NCBI RefSeq assembly: GCF_003044035.1
Contig: NZ_NVQC01000024.1
Location: forward strand, 32,773-64,772
Reading direction: 5' to 3'
DNA from: Candidatus Methylomirabilis limnetica
GTDB lineage: Bacteria; Methylomirabilota; Methylomirabilia; Methylomirabilales; Methylomirabilaceae
Length of the DNA stretch: 32,000 bases
Positions 17,396-26,353 of this stretch are shown piece by piece (within the stretch, counting starts at the first letter, position 1; the number at the start of each line of letters is the position of its first letter). The position numbers and the translations under genes were made by a program. The notes beneath the pieces were generated by a model. It did not search any database. It saw only the letters and a list, made by a program, of their open reading frames with translations, and was not told the origin of the DNA.

Positions 17396-18126
17396 CAACT
17401 CGCGCCTCGAACGATAGCTGGTACATCCCTTTCGATTCTACCCGCCTGGCTCCTCGAACAGAAAAGTTCAGGCAACGACGTAGGCAGAAGAGACACCCCA
17501 AACTCAACCTCGAAACGTTCGATAAGAGCCACCATCACCTCACGAACTGAGATTGGACGAGACAACTCCTGTGTCATGCTTGTCATCTTGGCGCCCTGGA
17601 TACCGCAAGGAACGATCATCTCAAACGGCGCCAGATCCATATTGATGTTCAGCGCGAAACCATGACGGGTGACCCACCGGCTGACATGAATGCCTAGCGA
17701 GGCAATCTTCTCTTCACCCACCCAGACGCCCGTCCGACCGAGTGAGCGACCAGCAGCGATCCCGAAGCCCGATAGGGTCATAATCAGCACCTCTTCGAGC
17801 TGCCGAAGGTATCGATGCAGGTCACGACCATGTTCGGTCAGATTGAGGATCGGGTAGCCTACTAACTGGCCAGGACCGTGATAGGTCATGTCGCCACCAC
17901 GCTCCACTTCGAAAAACTCGATTCCCATCGCGGCCAGGGAAGATTCCGGTACGCGGAGGTGAGCCATCTGCCCGGCTCGCCCGAGGGTAATAACCGGCGG
18001 GTGTTCGACGAGGAGCAGGACATCCCCCAGGCGGTCCTCAGCCAGAAGAGTCGCCAGCCGGCGTTGCAGGGTGAGTGTTTCGGTGTAGGGTATGAGCCCA
18101 AGGTCAATCAGGCTACAGGTCGGCAT
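17395..18126 (-). CDS. lipB: octanoyltransferase LipB
   Basis: Motifs RGGDMTYHGPGQLVGYPIL and the active-site PCGI. The start is set at ATG 18126 (MPTCSLIDLGLIPY...) by alignment logic with LipB N-termini. The ORF-track extension to 18189 reads through the AGGGT repeat. Confidence 0.88.
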   Translation of the reverse strand: MPTCSLIDLGLIPYTETLTLQRRLATLLAEDRLGDVLLLVEHPPVITLGRAGQMAHLRVPESSLAAMGIEFFEVERGGDMTYHGPGQLVGYPILNLTEHGRDLHRYLRQLEEVLIMTLSGFGIAAGRSLGRTGVWVGEEKIASLGIHVSRWVTRHGFALNINMDLAPFEMIVPCGIQGAKMTSMTQELSRPISVREVMVALIERFEVEFGVSLLPTSLPELFCSRSQAGRIERDVPAIVRGAS

Positions 18127-18128
18127 CA

Positions 18129-18249
18129 GTAGTACAGGGTAGAGGGTTGAGGGTATAGGGTTTAGAGTGCAGGGAAAGGACGGGAGCACAACTTATTCAT
18201 ACTTCTTTTCTCCTATCTTATCCTCTACCCTCTACCCTATAGCCTATAC
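18129..18249. repeat. hairpin element with arms made of xxAGGGT heptamers
   Basis: The left arm is ACAGGGT AGAGGGT TGAGGGT ATAGGGT TTAGAGT GCAGGGA (18134-18175). The spacer is about 35 nt. The right arm carries inverted ACCCTCT/ACCCTAT units (18211-18249). The element starts 3 nt from the lipB ATG and ends 9 nt from the lpdA stop. Confidence 0.9.
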
Positions 18250-18258
18250 GCTTCTTCT

Positions 18259-19671
18259 TTACAGATGGACCGGCCGGCCAAGTGCGGCAAGGGCGGCTTC
18301 CCCCATCGCCTCGGAAAGGGTTGGGTGGGCATGAATCGACTTGGCAATCTCTTCCGGGGTGGCCTTCAATGCGATCGCCAAGCCGGCCTCGGCGATCAGT
18401 TCGGTGGCATGGGCACCCATGATATGCACGCCTAGGATCTCTCCATGCGTCGCATCGGCGATCACCTTTACCATCCCCTCAGTCTCGCCGAGGGTAATCG
18501 CCATCCCGCTCGCACTGAATGGGAACCGTCCGACGCGTATCGTATATCCTTCGGCCTTCGCCTTCGCCTCCGTCAAACCGATGCTCGCGACAGCCGGGTG
18601 ACAGTAGGTGCAGCTCGGGATCCTCCTGGGGTTCACCGGTGTCACGTCATCCAGCTTGGCCATCTTTTCGATCGCAACGATTCCTTCATGAGAAGCCTTG
18701 TGGGCCAAGAGTGGCGCGCCAACAAGATCGCCAATGGCGTAGATTCCGGCTACGCTGGACTCCATCCACTCGTTGACCTTGACATATCCATTCTCCATCG
18801 CAACGCCCAGCTCTTTCAGGCCGCCCACCTCGGAGTTGGCTACCCTGCCTACCGCCACCAGGACCGTCTCGCCATGAAGCTCTTGGCTTCCGCTGCTATT
18901 AGATACCCTGACCGTGGCCTTCCCCGCCTCAACGATTACCTGCTCAACTCGCGTCCCGGTGAGGATCTTGATCCCCTTTTTGGTCAAAGAACGATGCAGT
19001 AGCGCCGTAATCTCCTCGTCCTCATAGGGAAGGATCGTCGGCAGCAGCTCAACGAGTGTTACGGCCGTTCCATAGGCGTGATAGATGTCGGCGAACTCAA
19101 TGCCGATCGCTCCCGCCCCGATGATAACCATGGAGGTAGGGGCTTGGCTACGTAGCATGGCCTCTGTGCTGGTGAGCACGACCTGACCATCGATCGTCAG
19201 GTCCGGAAGTAGTCGGGGTCTCGACCCGGTTGCCAAGAGGATCCGTTCAGCTAGGATCGATCCAGTCGTCTTTCCACCCCTGTCCGCGATCTCGAGTTCC
19301 TTAGCCGAGGTGAAGCGGGCTTCGCCCATGAAGACGGCGACCTTGTTCTTACGCATCAGGTATTCGATGCCCTTGGACAGCCGCTCGGCCTTCTCGCGGC
19401 TCCGCTTCACGGCAATGCCGAAATCTCCCCGGAGGTTCTCCGCGTGGATCCCGAACTCCTCGGCACGACGTAGGAGGGAAAGTAGATGCGAACTCTGAAG
19501 CAATGCCTTCGTCGGAATGCAGCCCCAGTTGAGACAGACCCCGCCCAATTGATCTCGCTCTACGAGAGCCACCCGCATCCCGAGCTGCGCGGCGCGGATC
19601 GCCGCCACGTAGCCTCCAGGGCCCGCCCCAACTACCGCCAGATCAAATGGTTGCTTGTCCTGTCCCATCAT
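18259..19671 (-). CDS. lpdA: dihydrolipoyl dehydrogenase (E3)
   Basis: FAD motif GAGPGGY, redox-active CLNWGCIPTK and C-terminal HAHPTLSE. 470 aa. Confidence 0.93.
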   Translation of the reverse strand: MMGQDKQPFDLAVVGAGPGGYVAAIRAAQLGMRVALVERDQLGGVCLNWGCIPTKALLQSSHLLSLLRRAEEFGIHAENLRGDFGIAVKRSREKAERLSKGIEYLMRKNKVAVFMGEARFTSAKELEIADRGGKTTGSILAERILLATGSRPRLLPDLTIDGQVVLTSTEAMLRSQAPTSMVIIGAGAIGIEFADIYHAYGTAVTLVELLPTILPYEDEEITALLHRSLTKKGIKILTGTRVEQVIVEAGKATVRVSNSSGSQELHGETVLVAVGRVANSEVGGLKELGVAMENGYVKVNEWMESSVAGIYAIGDLVGAPLLAHKASHEGIVAIEKMAKLDDVTPVNPRRIPSCTYCHPAVASIGLTEAKAKAEGYTIRVGRFPFSASGMAITLGETEGMVKVIADATHGEILGVHIMGAHATELIAEAGLAIALKATPEEIAKSIHAHPTLSEAMGEAALAALGRPVHL

Positions 19672-19733
19672 GGTTTATCTGATCTATACATAAAGCCATA
19701 ATCCGAAATAATGGACGTTATTGCCCAGAAAGT

Positions 19734-19826
19734 CCCCCCCCCCATCCTCACCTTCCCCCTCATGGGGGGGAAGGGACCCCTTACGCGACCTCCTCCCCCC
19801 TTGAGGGGGAGGATTGAGGTGGGGGG
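19734..19826. repeat. G/C-rich nested-palindrome element, same architecture as 1655-1793
   Basis: The outer arms are C10-ATCCTCACC and GGATTGAGGTGGGGGG. The inner hairpins are CTTCCCCC..GGGGGAAG (19752-19773) and TCCTCCCCC-CTTGA-GGGGGAGGA (19791-19813). Confidence 0.8.
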
Positions 19827-19857
19827 TAATGGGTAACCAGAAAGGCACTGACCAGCG

Positions 19858-21096
19858 CTACAGAACGAGGTCAAGCGGATGCTCAAGTAGCCGCTTGACC
19901 TCTTGAAGGAATATCGCCCCCGTCATGCCATCTACCGCCCGATGATCGCACGAAAGCGTCATCCGCATTCGTTGGCCGATCTGCACTCCTCCATCTACGA
20001 TGACCGGCTTGCTCTGGATCCTGCCGATTGCCAGAATGGCGGCCTCTGGGGGGTTGATGATGGCGGTGAACTCTTCTATCTCATACATGCCCAGATTCGA
20101 AATGGTAAAGGTCGCCCCGGCGTACTCTTCAGGTCTCAACTTCTGAGCTCTGGCTCGCTCGACCAAGCTCTTCGTCTCTCTGGCGATCTGTGCCAGACTT
20201 TTCCGACCACAGTCGCGCAGCACCGGGTTGATCAATCCCTCTTCAAGGGCCACCGCGATGCCGATATTGGCTTGGGAGTAGACGCGAATCTGTTCTCCCA
20301 CAAATGATGCATTGACCGCCGGATGCCGCCCGAGCGCAATGGCCACAGCTTTGATGATGATGTCGGTGAAGGTTACCTTGAGGTCTGACGTCTGCGACTG
20401 TATCGACTCACGCAACTCCGTGGCCTTATCCATGGCCACCTCGACCGTAAGGTAGAAGTGTGGCACGGTTGCCATACTCTGGGCCACGCGCTTCGCAATC
20501 GCCCTACGCATCGGGGAGAGATTCCGGTCCTCAAACCCTGCCGATGGCGTGGATGCGGCAATCTCTACGGCACGCTCTGCAATCGATGGCGCCTGCTGAC
20601 CGGCAGCCGAAGCCGATGGTATAAGGACAGCCACATCCCGGCGGATCACCCTTCCACCCGGGCCAGACCCGCTCACCATCGACAGATCAATCGCCTGCTC
20701 GCGCGCGAACCTCTTTGCCAGCGGTGAAGCTTTGACGCGTCCAGGAGCGACCGCCTGAAGAGCTGGAGGGGTTGGCGCAGGAGTGCCTGGCTGAGTCGGC
20801 GTTGCTGACTCAACGGCTAAGCCTCTAACGGGAGGAAGTAGCGTCGAAATGTCCTCATCCGTTTCGGCAATCACCCCGATCATGTGACCGACCGGCGCTG
20901 ACTCGCCCGCACCGATAAGAATCTTTCGAAGGGTGCCTGACCCAAAGGCCTCCATCTCAATGTCAGCCTTATCGGTTTGGACCTCGGCGATGATGTCACC
21001 CACCTCTACCAGGTCTCCCTCTTTCTTCAGCCACCGAAGGATCTTCCCCTCCTCCATGGTGTCGCTCAACCGGGGCATGACCACAGAAATGGCCAT
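19858..21096 (-). CDS. pdhC: dihydrolipoamide acyltransferase (E2) with a single lipoyl domain
   Basis: Lipoyl-lysine motif VQTDKADIEME, a Pro/Ala linker, a subunit-binding domain and the catalytic SCDHRAVDG. GAGGAGA lies 10 nt upstream of the ATG. Confidence 0.9.
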   Translation of the reverse strand: MAISVVMPRLSDTMEEGKILRWLKKEGDLVEVGDIIAEVQTDKADIEMEAFGSGTLRKILIGAGESAPVGHMIGVIAETDEDISTLLPPVRGLAVESATPTQPGTPAPTPPALQAVAPGRVKASPLAKRFAREQAIDLSMVSGSGPGGRVIRRDVAVLIPSASAAGQQAPSIAERAVEIAASTPSAGFEDRNLSPMRRAIAKRVAQSMATVPHFYLTVEVAMDKATELRESIQSQTSDLKVTFTDIIIKAVAIALGRHPAVNASFVGEQIRVYSQANIGIAVALEEGLINPVLRDCGRKSLAQIARETKSLVERARAQKLRPEEYAGATFTISNLGMYEIEEFTAIINPPEAAILAIGRIQSKPVIVDGGVQIGQRMRMTLSCDHRAVDGMTGAIFLQEVKRLLEHPLDLVL

Positions 21097-21123
21097 TGTG
21101 CGTATGTCTCCTCTTCTTATTTT

Positions 21124-21251
21124 GGTCTATTTCGTCTATCTGGTCTATTTCGTCTATCTGGTCTATTTCGTCTATCTGGTCTGTTTGGTCTATCTGGTCT
21201 GTTTGGTCTGTGACGAAATAGACTGAATAGACGAGAAGGACGGAATAGACC
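21124..21251. repeat. GGTCTAT-family element, third locus, with an 18-bp higher-order repeat
   Basis: GGTCTATTTCGTCTATCT occurs three times (21124-21177), followed by GGTCTGTTT/GGTCTATCT units. The apex is TTTGGTCTGTGACGAAATAGACTGAATAGAC (21202-21232). The shorter inverted arm ends in ATAGACC, whose last base starts the pdhB stop codon. Confidence 0.92.
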
Positions 21252-22228
21252 TAAATAGCCATGACCTTCTTTACCGCCGCGATGACCCGTTCTTTGCTTG
21301 GGGCCTTGGCACGCTCAAGGTTCTTCGCGTATGGCGTCGGGGCGTTGGCGCCGGTGACCCGCTCCACCGGGGCGTCCAGATAATCAAAAGCCTGCTCAGA
21401 AATGATGGCCGCGATCACCGTCGCTATCCCGGCGAATCCGGCGCCGGACTCCATGACTACAGCCCGGTTGGTCTTCTTGACCGACTCGATGATCATGTCA
21501 GCATCCAGCGGGCGGAGCGTACGCGGATCCACTACCTCCACAGAAATCCCCTCCTTCTCCAGATCCTCTGCCACCTGCAAGGCCAGCAGAAGCATCGTAG
21601 AGTAGGCTACGATAGTGACATCGCGTCCCTCCCGCTTTATTTCGCCGACACCAAGCGGGATGGTGTACTCGCCATCCGGCACCTCGCCCTTGGTCCCGTA
21701 CAGAAGCTCTGACTCGATGAAGATGACCGGATCATCGTCACGGATCGCACTTTTAAGAAGTCCCTTTGCATCCTTAGGGGTCCCTGGGCGCACGATCTTG
21801 AGACCAGGAACATGATAGAAGTACGACTCCATGCTCTGCGAGTGCTGAGCCGCCAATTGATGCGCCGGGCCGCCAGGGCCGCGAATGACCAGTGGAACAT
21901 TATACTGCCCGCCGGACATGTACAGGATCTTCGCTGCTTGATTGACGATCTGATCGATCGCCACCAGCGCGAAGTTAAAGGTCATCATCTCCACAATCGG
22001 CCGCAAGCCGACCATCGCCGAGCCGATACCGACGCCGGTAAACCCGGCCTCACTGATCGGGGTGTCGATGACCCGCTTGGGGCCAAACTCCTCAAGCAGG
22101 CCTTGACTGACCTTATAGGCCCCCTGGTAGAGGGCTACTTCCTCTCCCATAAGAAAAACGCGAGGGTCTCGGCGCATCTCTTCGCGGAGCGCCTGATTTA
22201 GAGCCTCTCGATAGGTGATAATTGCCAT
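21251..22228 (-). CDS. pdhB: 2-oxoacid (pyruvate/acetoin-type) dehydrogenase E1 beta subunit
   Basis: Transketolase-like pyrimidine-binding and C-terminal domains. The start is set at ATG 22228 (MAIITYREALNQAL...) with GGGAGG upstream, 16 nt after the E1 alpha stop. The ORF-track extension overlaps pdhA. Confidence 0.9.
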   Translation of the reverse strand: MAIITYREALNQALREEMRRDPRVFLMGEEVALYQGAYKVSQGLLEEFGPKRVIDTPISEAGFTGVGIGSAMVGLRPIVEMMTFNFALVAIDQIVNQAAKILYMSGGQYNVPLVIRGPGGPAHQLAAQHSQSMESYFYHVPGLKIVRPGTPKDAKGLLKSAIRDDDPVIFIESELLYGTKGEVPDGEYTIPLGVGEIKREGRDVTIVAYSTMLLLALQVAEDLEKEGISVEVVDPRTLRPLDADMIIESVKKTNRAVVMESGAGFAGIATVIAAIISEQAFDYLDAPVERVTGANAPTPYAKNLERAKAPSKERVIAAVKKVMAI

Positions 22229-22244
22229 GCTCTCGTTCCCTCCC

Positions 22245-23216
22245 TCAGCGCTCTGAGACGTAGACGTCGGTGTGCAGCCACTCCACTGGTGGCTCTGGGG
22301 AGGCATCGGCGTAGCGAATCGCCTCCTCCACCGTAGTTTGGACTTCCTTCTCCAGCGCCTTCCAATCCGACTCCTTAATCACCGCCTCGGCCATGAGGTG
22401 GGCCCGAAACGTCACGAGGGGGTCCCGTTGCTTTTCTCGTTCGACCTCCTCTTTCGTTCTGTAGGTACCCGGATCCGCCATCGAGTGCCCCCGGAATCGA
22501 TATGTCTTGGCCTCGATCAAAGAAGGGATGCGTTCTCGTCGGGCCCGTTCTACTGCTAACCCCACACACTCCCGAACGGCCAGGACATCCATCCCGTCTA
22601 CCGCCTCGCCGGGCATCCCATACGCCTCGGCCCTTCGGTACAGCTCCTTGACTGGGGTGGCGCGCTCTACAGCAGTCCCCATGCCGTAACGATTGTTCTC
22701 GCAGATATAGACGATCGGCAGGTGCCACAGGGCCGCGAGATTCAGCGCCTCGTGGAACACGCCCTGGTTGACGGCGGCGTCCCCAAAGAAGCAGAGCGTG
22801 ACCTGATCCTTCCCCTCGTACTGGCTCGCGAAGGCGGCGCCAGTTCCGATCGGAATCTGCCCCGCCACGATCGCATGCCCCCCCAGGAAGTTGCGGCTCT
22901 TATCAAATAGGTGCATCGAGCCACCCTTGCCCTTACAGAGGCCATCCGCCCGACCGAACAGCTCCGCCATCATCCTCCGTGGATCGCAGCCCTTGGCTAA
23001 GGCATGGCCATGTTCCCGGTAACTGGCAATCACATAGTCGTCTGGTCGCAACACAGAAATGGCGCCCGTTGCCACCGCTTCCTGGCCGATATACAGATGC
23101 AGGAAGCCGCCGATCTTGCCCATGGAGTACATCTCCGCGCACTTCTCCTCGAACCGGCGCATCAGGAGCATCTGTCGGAGGAGATCTACCAGCTCCTTCT
23201 GCTCTAACTTCTGCAT
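22245..23216 (-). CDS. pdhA: 2-oxoacid (pyruvate/acetoin-type) dehydrogenase E1 alpha subunit, TPP-binding
   Basis: TPP motif [31 protein letters not shown] and a 323-aa alpha2beta2-type E1. Substrate (pyruvate, acetoin or branched-chain) is not resolvable by eye. Confidence 0.88.
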   Translation of the reverse strand: MQKLEQKELVDLLRQMLLMRRFEEKCAEMYSMGKIGGFLHLYIGQEAVATGAISVLRPDDYVIASYREHGHALAKGCDPRRMMAELFGRADGLCKGKGGSMHLFDKSRNFLGGHAIVAGQIPIGTGAAFASQYEGKDQVTLCFFGDAAVNQGVFHEALNLAALWHLPIVYICENNRYGMGTAVERATPVKELYRRAEAYGMPGEAVDGMDVLAVRECVGLAVERARRERIPSLIEAKTYRFRGHSMADPGTYRTKEEVEREKQRDPLVTFRAHLMAEAVIKESDWKALEKEVQTTVEEAIRYADASPEPPVEWLHTDVYVSER

Positions 23217-24148
23217 AGCTCAGTCCTCTCGCTCTCACGCTTCCGGCTGACTTCCTCAGCCTGGCCGCGGGCATGGTACGAACTCCGGACCAGGGGCCCG
23301 GACTCTACGTACTTAAACCCCATCCCTTCCCCGATCGCCTTCAACTCACTAAACTCCTTTGGAGTATAGTATTTCATAATCGGCAGGTGCGCGCGGCTTG
23401 GCCGCAGGTACTGTCCCAGCGTCAGAATATCGCAATCGACAGCCCTGAGGTCAGCCATCGTCTGGAGCAATTCCTGCCATGCCTCCCCGAATCCCACAAT
23501 GATCCCTGACTTCGTGACTAACTCCGGCGCCAATCGTCGCGCCATAGCCAGAAGATCGAGTGACCGCTCATAGTGCGATCCCGGACGGACCTCTCGATAC
23601 AACCGGGGAATAGTTTCCACGTTGTGGTTCAGGATAGCGGGTCCGGCCTCGACCACCGTTCTCAGGGCGGCCTTGCTACCACGAAAATCAGGAATCAGCA
23701 CCTCAACGCTACAGCCAGGGGCAAGCCCCCTCACCCTGCGAATCACGGCCGCAAAGATACTCGCCCCCCCGTCGGGCAAGTCATCGCGATTGGCGGAGGT
23801 CACCACAGCATGGGCCAGCCCCAGCGCGCTAATCGCCTTGGCCACCCGCTCCGGCTCGGTCCGATCGAGTTCTGTCGGCTTGCCCTGTTTGACCGCACAG
23901 AAGCTGCAATTACGGGTGCAGGTATCGCCCAGGATGAGGAAGGTTGCGGTAAGCTCCTCCCAGCATTCGCCGATGTTGGGACAATGGGCCTCTTCGCAGA
24001 TGGTCTGAAGCTGCTGCTCTTGAAGGAGCCGTTTCAGCCGAAGGTAGTTGGGTGCGCCTGGCGCCTTGACCTTCAGCCAGGGTGGCTTGGGTGAGCCAAA
24101 AATCTCGGGAAGCGAAATCAGCGGCGTTACCTTAACCGGTTGGAGCAC
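23204..24148 (-). CDS. lipA: lipoyl synthase LipA (radical SAM)
   Basis: Auxiliary-cluster motif [12 protein letters not shown], radical SAM motif [10 protein letters not shown] and the KPPWLKVK N-terminal block. GTG start at 24148. The 3' end overlaps the pdhA start by 13 nt. Confidence 0.93.
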   Translation of the reverse strand: MLQPVKVTPLISLPEIFGSPKPPWLKVKAPGAPNYLRLKRLLQEQQLQTICEEAHCPNIGECWEELTATFLILGDTCTRNCSFCAVKQGKPTELDRTEPERVAKAISALGLAHAVVTSANRDDLPDGGASIFAAVIRRVRGLAPGCSVEVLIPDFRGSKAALRTVVEAGPAILNHNVETIPRLYREVRPGSHYERSLDLLAMARRLAPELVTKSGIIVGFGEAWQELLQTMADLRAVDCDILTLGQYLRPSRAHLPIMKYYTPKEFSELKAIGEGMGFKYVESGPLVRSSYHARGQAEEVSRKRESERTELCRS

Positions 24149-24386
24149 AAATGCCTCATTTGAGCCCGTATAAGTGATCAGTCAGGCCGCCGTTTGGGAA
24201 GGCGGCACACAGGCCTACTCGCCAATTCTTCTACCATAGTCTTGACCCGATTGTCAACCTGAGAAGGACGCAGTTCACCTGATCTGGACGATCACCCGCC
24301 GCTCACGTGGACCGTCAAACTCCACGAGCATCAGGCTCTGTCAGGTTCCCAGCACCAGTCTCCTGCCGTCTTGACGAAGAACTCTT

Positions 24387-25286
24387 TCATCTGTTGACCT
24401 GTCCCGCCTGGTCGCGAGGAATACGACTACCCTCTTCACCCTTACAGCCGGACGCGGTAGTGCGGGAGGCAGATACGGCGGCGAGCAACTGTTCGAACTT
24501 TGCCTCTGGCACTGCTGACCTGCCAAGCCCGTCTGATCGGAGCCCAGGAGTGCCATGGTAGTCAGATCCGCCGACTGCCAATAGACCGTATCTCAGGCAC
24601 GCTCGCTCGTAACGGAATAGCGATTCGGTATCGTGTTCCAGGTGATACACCTCCAGTCCCATAAGCCCATGCTGCACGAGAGATGGAATAATCTCGTCGT
24701 GACCGTACTGCCCAGGATGCGCAAGGGATGGCACGCCTCCAGCTTCCTTGATGGTACGGATCACTCCGGTCGCAGGAATTCTGGAGCGTTCCACGTAGCC
24801 TGGCTTGCCCGTAGTCAGGTATCGGTCAAACGCCTCCTTCATCGACGTCACATATCCGCGCCTGATCATCGCCTGTGCCACATGGGGACGCCCAACCGAG
24901 GAGCCTAGCGCCATACTCAAGACCTCATCAGCGTCCAGCGGGAGACCAAGAGCCCAGAGCTTCGCGATCATCCGATGGGCCCTCTCGATTCGGTCGTTAC
25001 GGGAGGAGGCAAGGAATGCGGCAAGTTGGTTATCGTCCGGATCGATGAAATGCCCCAGAATGTGAATCTCCAGGTCCCCCACGTGCGCGGTAATCTCGAC
25101 GCCTGCCACGACCTGCAGGCCCACCTGCGAGGCCTCCGCCACCGCCGCTGGAAGACCCTCCAGGGTGTCATGATCGGTAACGGCCAGGACTGAGATATTG
25201 CAGTCCTTGGCGAAGCGAACCAATTGTTGCGGAGAGAGGACGCCGTCAGAAGCAGTCGTGTGGGTGTGCAGATCGATAAGGCGCAT
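24387..25286 (-). CDS. PHP-domain metal-dependent phosphoesterase (TrpH/YciV-like)
   Basis: N-terminal IDLHTHTTASDG and further His/Asp ligand blocks (VTDHD, GVEI, AHP, GGSDYHG). 299 aa. Confidence 0.85.
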   Translation of the reverse strand: MRLIDLHTHTTASDGVLSPQQLVRFAKDCNISVLAVTDHDTLEGLPAAVAEASQVGLQVVAGVEITAHVGDLEIHILGHFIDPDDNQLAAFLASSRNDRIERAHRMIAKLWALGLPLDADEVLSMALGSSVGRPHVAQAMIRRGYVTSMKEAFDRYLTTGKPGYVERSRIPATGVIRTIKEAGGVPSLAHPGQYGHDEIIPSLVQHGLMGLEVYHLEHDTESLFRYERACLRYGLLAVGGSDYHGTPGLRSDGLGRSAVPEAKFEQLLAAVSASRTTASGCKGEEGSRIPRDQAGQVNR

Positions 25287-25292
25287 CGCGTG

Positions 25293-25320
25293 AGCTATTA
25301 GCTATTAGCTATTAGCTGCT
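25293..25320. repeat. AGCTATT x3 plus AGCTGCT heptamer array at the fdhD/PHP gene junction
   Basis: Read directly from the sequence. It encodes the last codons and the stop of fdhD (QQLIANS*) and places stop codons in all six frames. Confidence 0.9.
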
Positions 25321-26107
25321 GGATATGGGACAGGCGGCTGGTCGCCACCCGCTGTGGAAGCAGACGCTCGGGGTGGCTATAGACATTAAATCCTTCGCCC
25401 CGGCAGTAGCCGATCACGGTGATGCCGAAGCGCTTGGCCGCGGCAATGGCGAGGCTGGTGGGTGAGGTTCGAGAGATGACAATTGGGGTCCGCATGTGGG
25501 CCCCCTTACGAAGCATCTCAGACGAGATGCGACCGGTGGAGAGGAGGATATTGCCGGCAGTCGTAATCCCCTGCTGAAGTGCTTCGCCGTGGATCTTATC
25601 CAGAGCGTTATGTCGGCCGACGTCCTCGGCGACAAGCAGCAGGCTCTTGCCGTCGCTCAGGGCGGCGGCGTGAATGCCACGCGACTCCCGATAGAGATGC
25701 GCCGCGGCATACAACTGTTTCATGAGATCGAACGGTTGCTCCGGGCGCAGGATCGCCTCCTCTGGGAATGCTTTAAACCCCTCCATCGGCATGCCGAATG
25801 TGATACCTCCGGTGCACCCGGATGTCAGGATTCGGTGACTCGGGGGGGTGAATGCCTTGGTCAGTCTGACGTCTGCCACCGCCTCCTCTGTGAAGACCTC
25901 CAGCGAGTTAACCTCATCGAGCTCCTGGATGATCCCCTCAAAACTCAAAAAACCCAGGACCAGGCAATCGAGCTTCACCGGCGTACACATCAACGTCGCC
26001 AGCTCACGACCGTTGACAAAGATCGTGAGGGGATGCTCCCCCACCACTGGAATCTCTACCGTCTCGTACGATCCACCGCGGTACCGAACGATTCGATGTA
26101 TGGACAT
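25298..26107 (-). CDS. fdhD: formate dehydrogenase accessory sulfurtransferase FdhD
   Basis: FdhD blocks GRHNALDK, SGCTGG and SRTSPTSLAI. The start is taken as ATG 26107 (MSIHRIV...), with GTG 26125 as the alternative. Confidence 0.88.
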   Translation of the reverse strand: MSIHRIVRYRGGSYETVEIPVVGEHPLTIFVNGRELATLMCTPVKLDCLVLGFLSFEGIIQELDEVNSLEVFTEEAVADVRLTKAFTPPSHRILTSGCTGGITFGMPMEGFKAFPEEAILRPEQPFDLMKQLYAAAHLYRESRGIHAAALSDGKSLLLVAEDVGRHNALDKIHGEALQQGITTAGNILLSTGRISSEMLRKGAHMRTPIVISRTSPTSLAIAAAKRFGITVIGYCRGEGFNVYSHPERLLPQRVATSRLSHIQQLIANS

Positions 26108-26108
26108 A

Positions 26109-26315
26109 CTAGTCCCAGAGGGCACTGATGAAGTGCCCTACGCCATACCATGCAACCGTGACCAATAGCCCGATCGCCATCATCTCGACCTCATCTTCCG
26201 AAAAGCCCTTGCTCCGGTAGATCTAGCGCATAAAGACGACCTCGCGAACGGCTCGTCCCTTCGGAGAATGCCAACTCTCCTCGATTGCAGCACTCCCGGC
26301 GCTAGCCTCGTTCAT
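26109..26315 (-). pseudogene. 68-codon frame with one in-frame TAG; a gene remnant or a 24-aa membrane peptide coupled to fdhD
   Basis: Hand translation gives MNEASAGSAAIEESWHSPKGRAVREVVFMR * IYRSKGFSEDEVEMMAIGLLVTVAWYGVGHFISALWD *. The in-frame TAG is at 26225-26223. The final stop lies 1 nt before the fdhD ATG (TAGTATG). Confidence 0.3.
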
Positions 26316-26353
26316 TGCCGCGCCACTCGGGAGGGGTCCGCACGCCAAACCTC

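Noticed and set aside
18127-18189. ORF-track N-terminal extensions (lipB to 18189, and similarly thiC to 3169, nuoI to 27493, yjbQ to 26857, pdhB to 22306, ccmG to 11510 and the antitoxin to 8505)
   Set aside because: The extensions run through repeats, riboswitch elements or the upstream gene. Internal ATG codons with good Shine-Dalgarno sequences coincide with the conserved N-termini of the families.
24228-24257. Candidate sigma70 promoter for lipA (TTGACA, 18 nt, TAGAAG on the minus strand)
   Set aside because: The -35 is perfect, but the -10 lacks the invariant final T and the spacing is suboptimal. The nearer TATGGT is only 13 nt away. The evidence is too weak to list as a feature.
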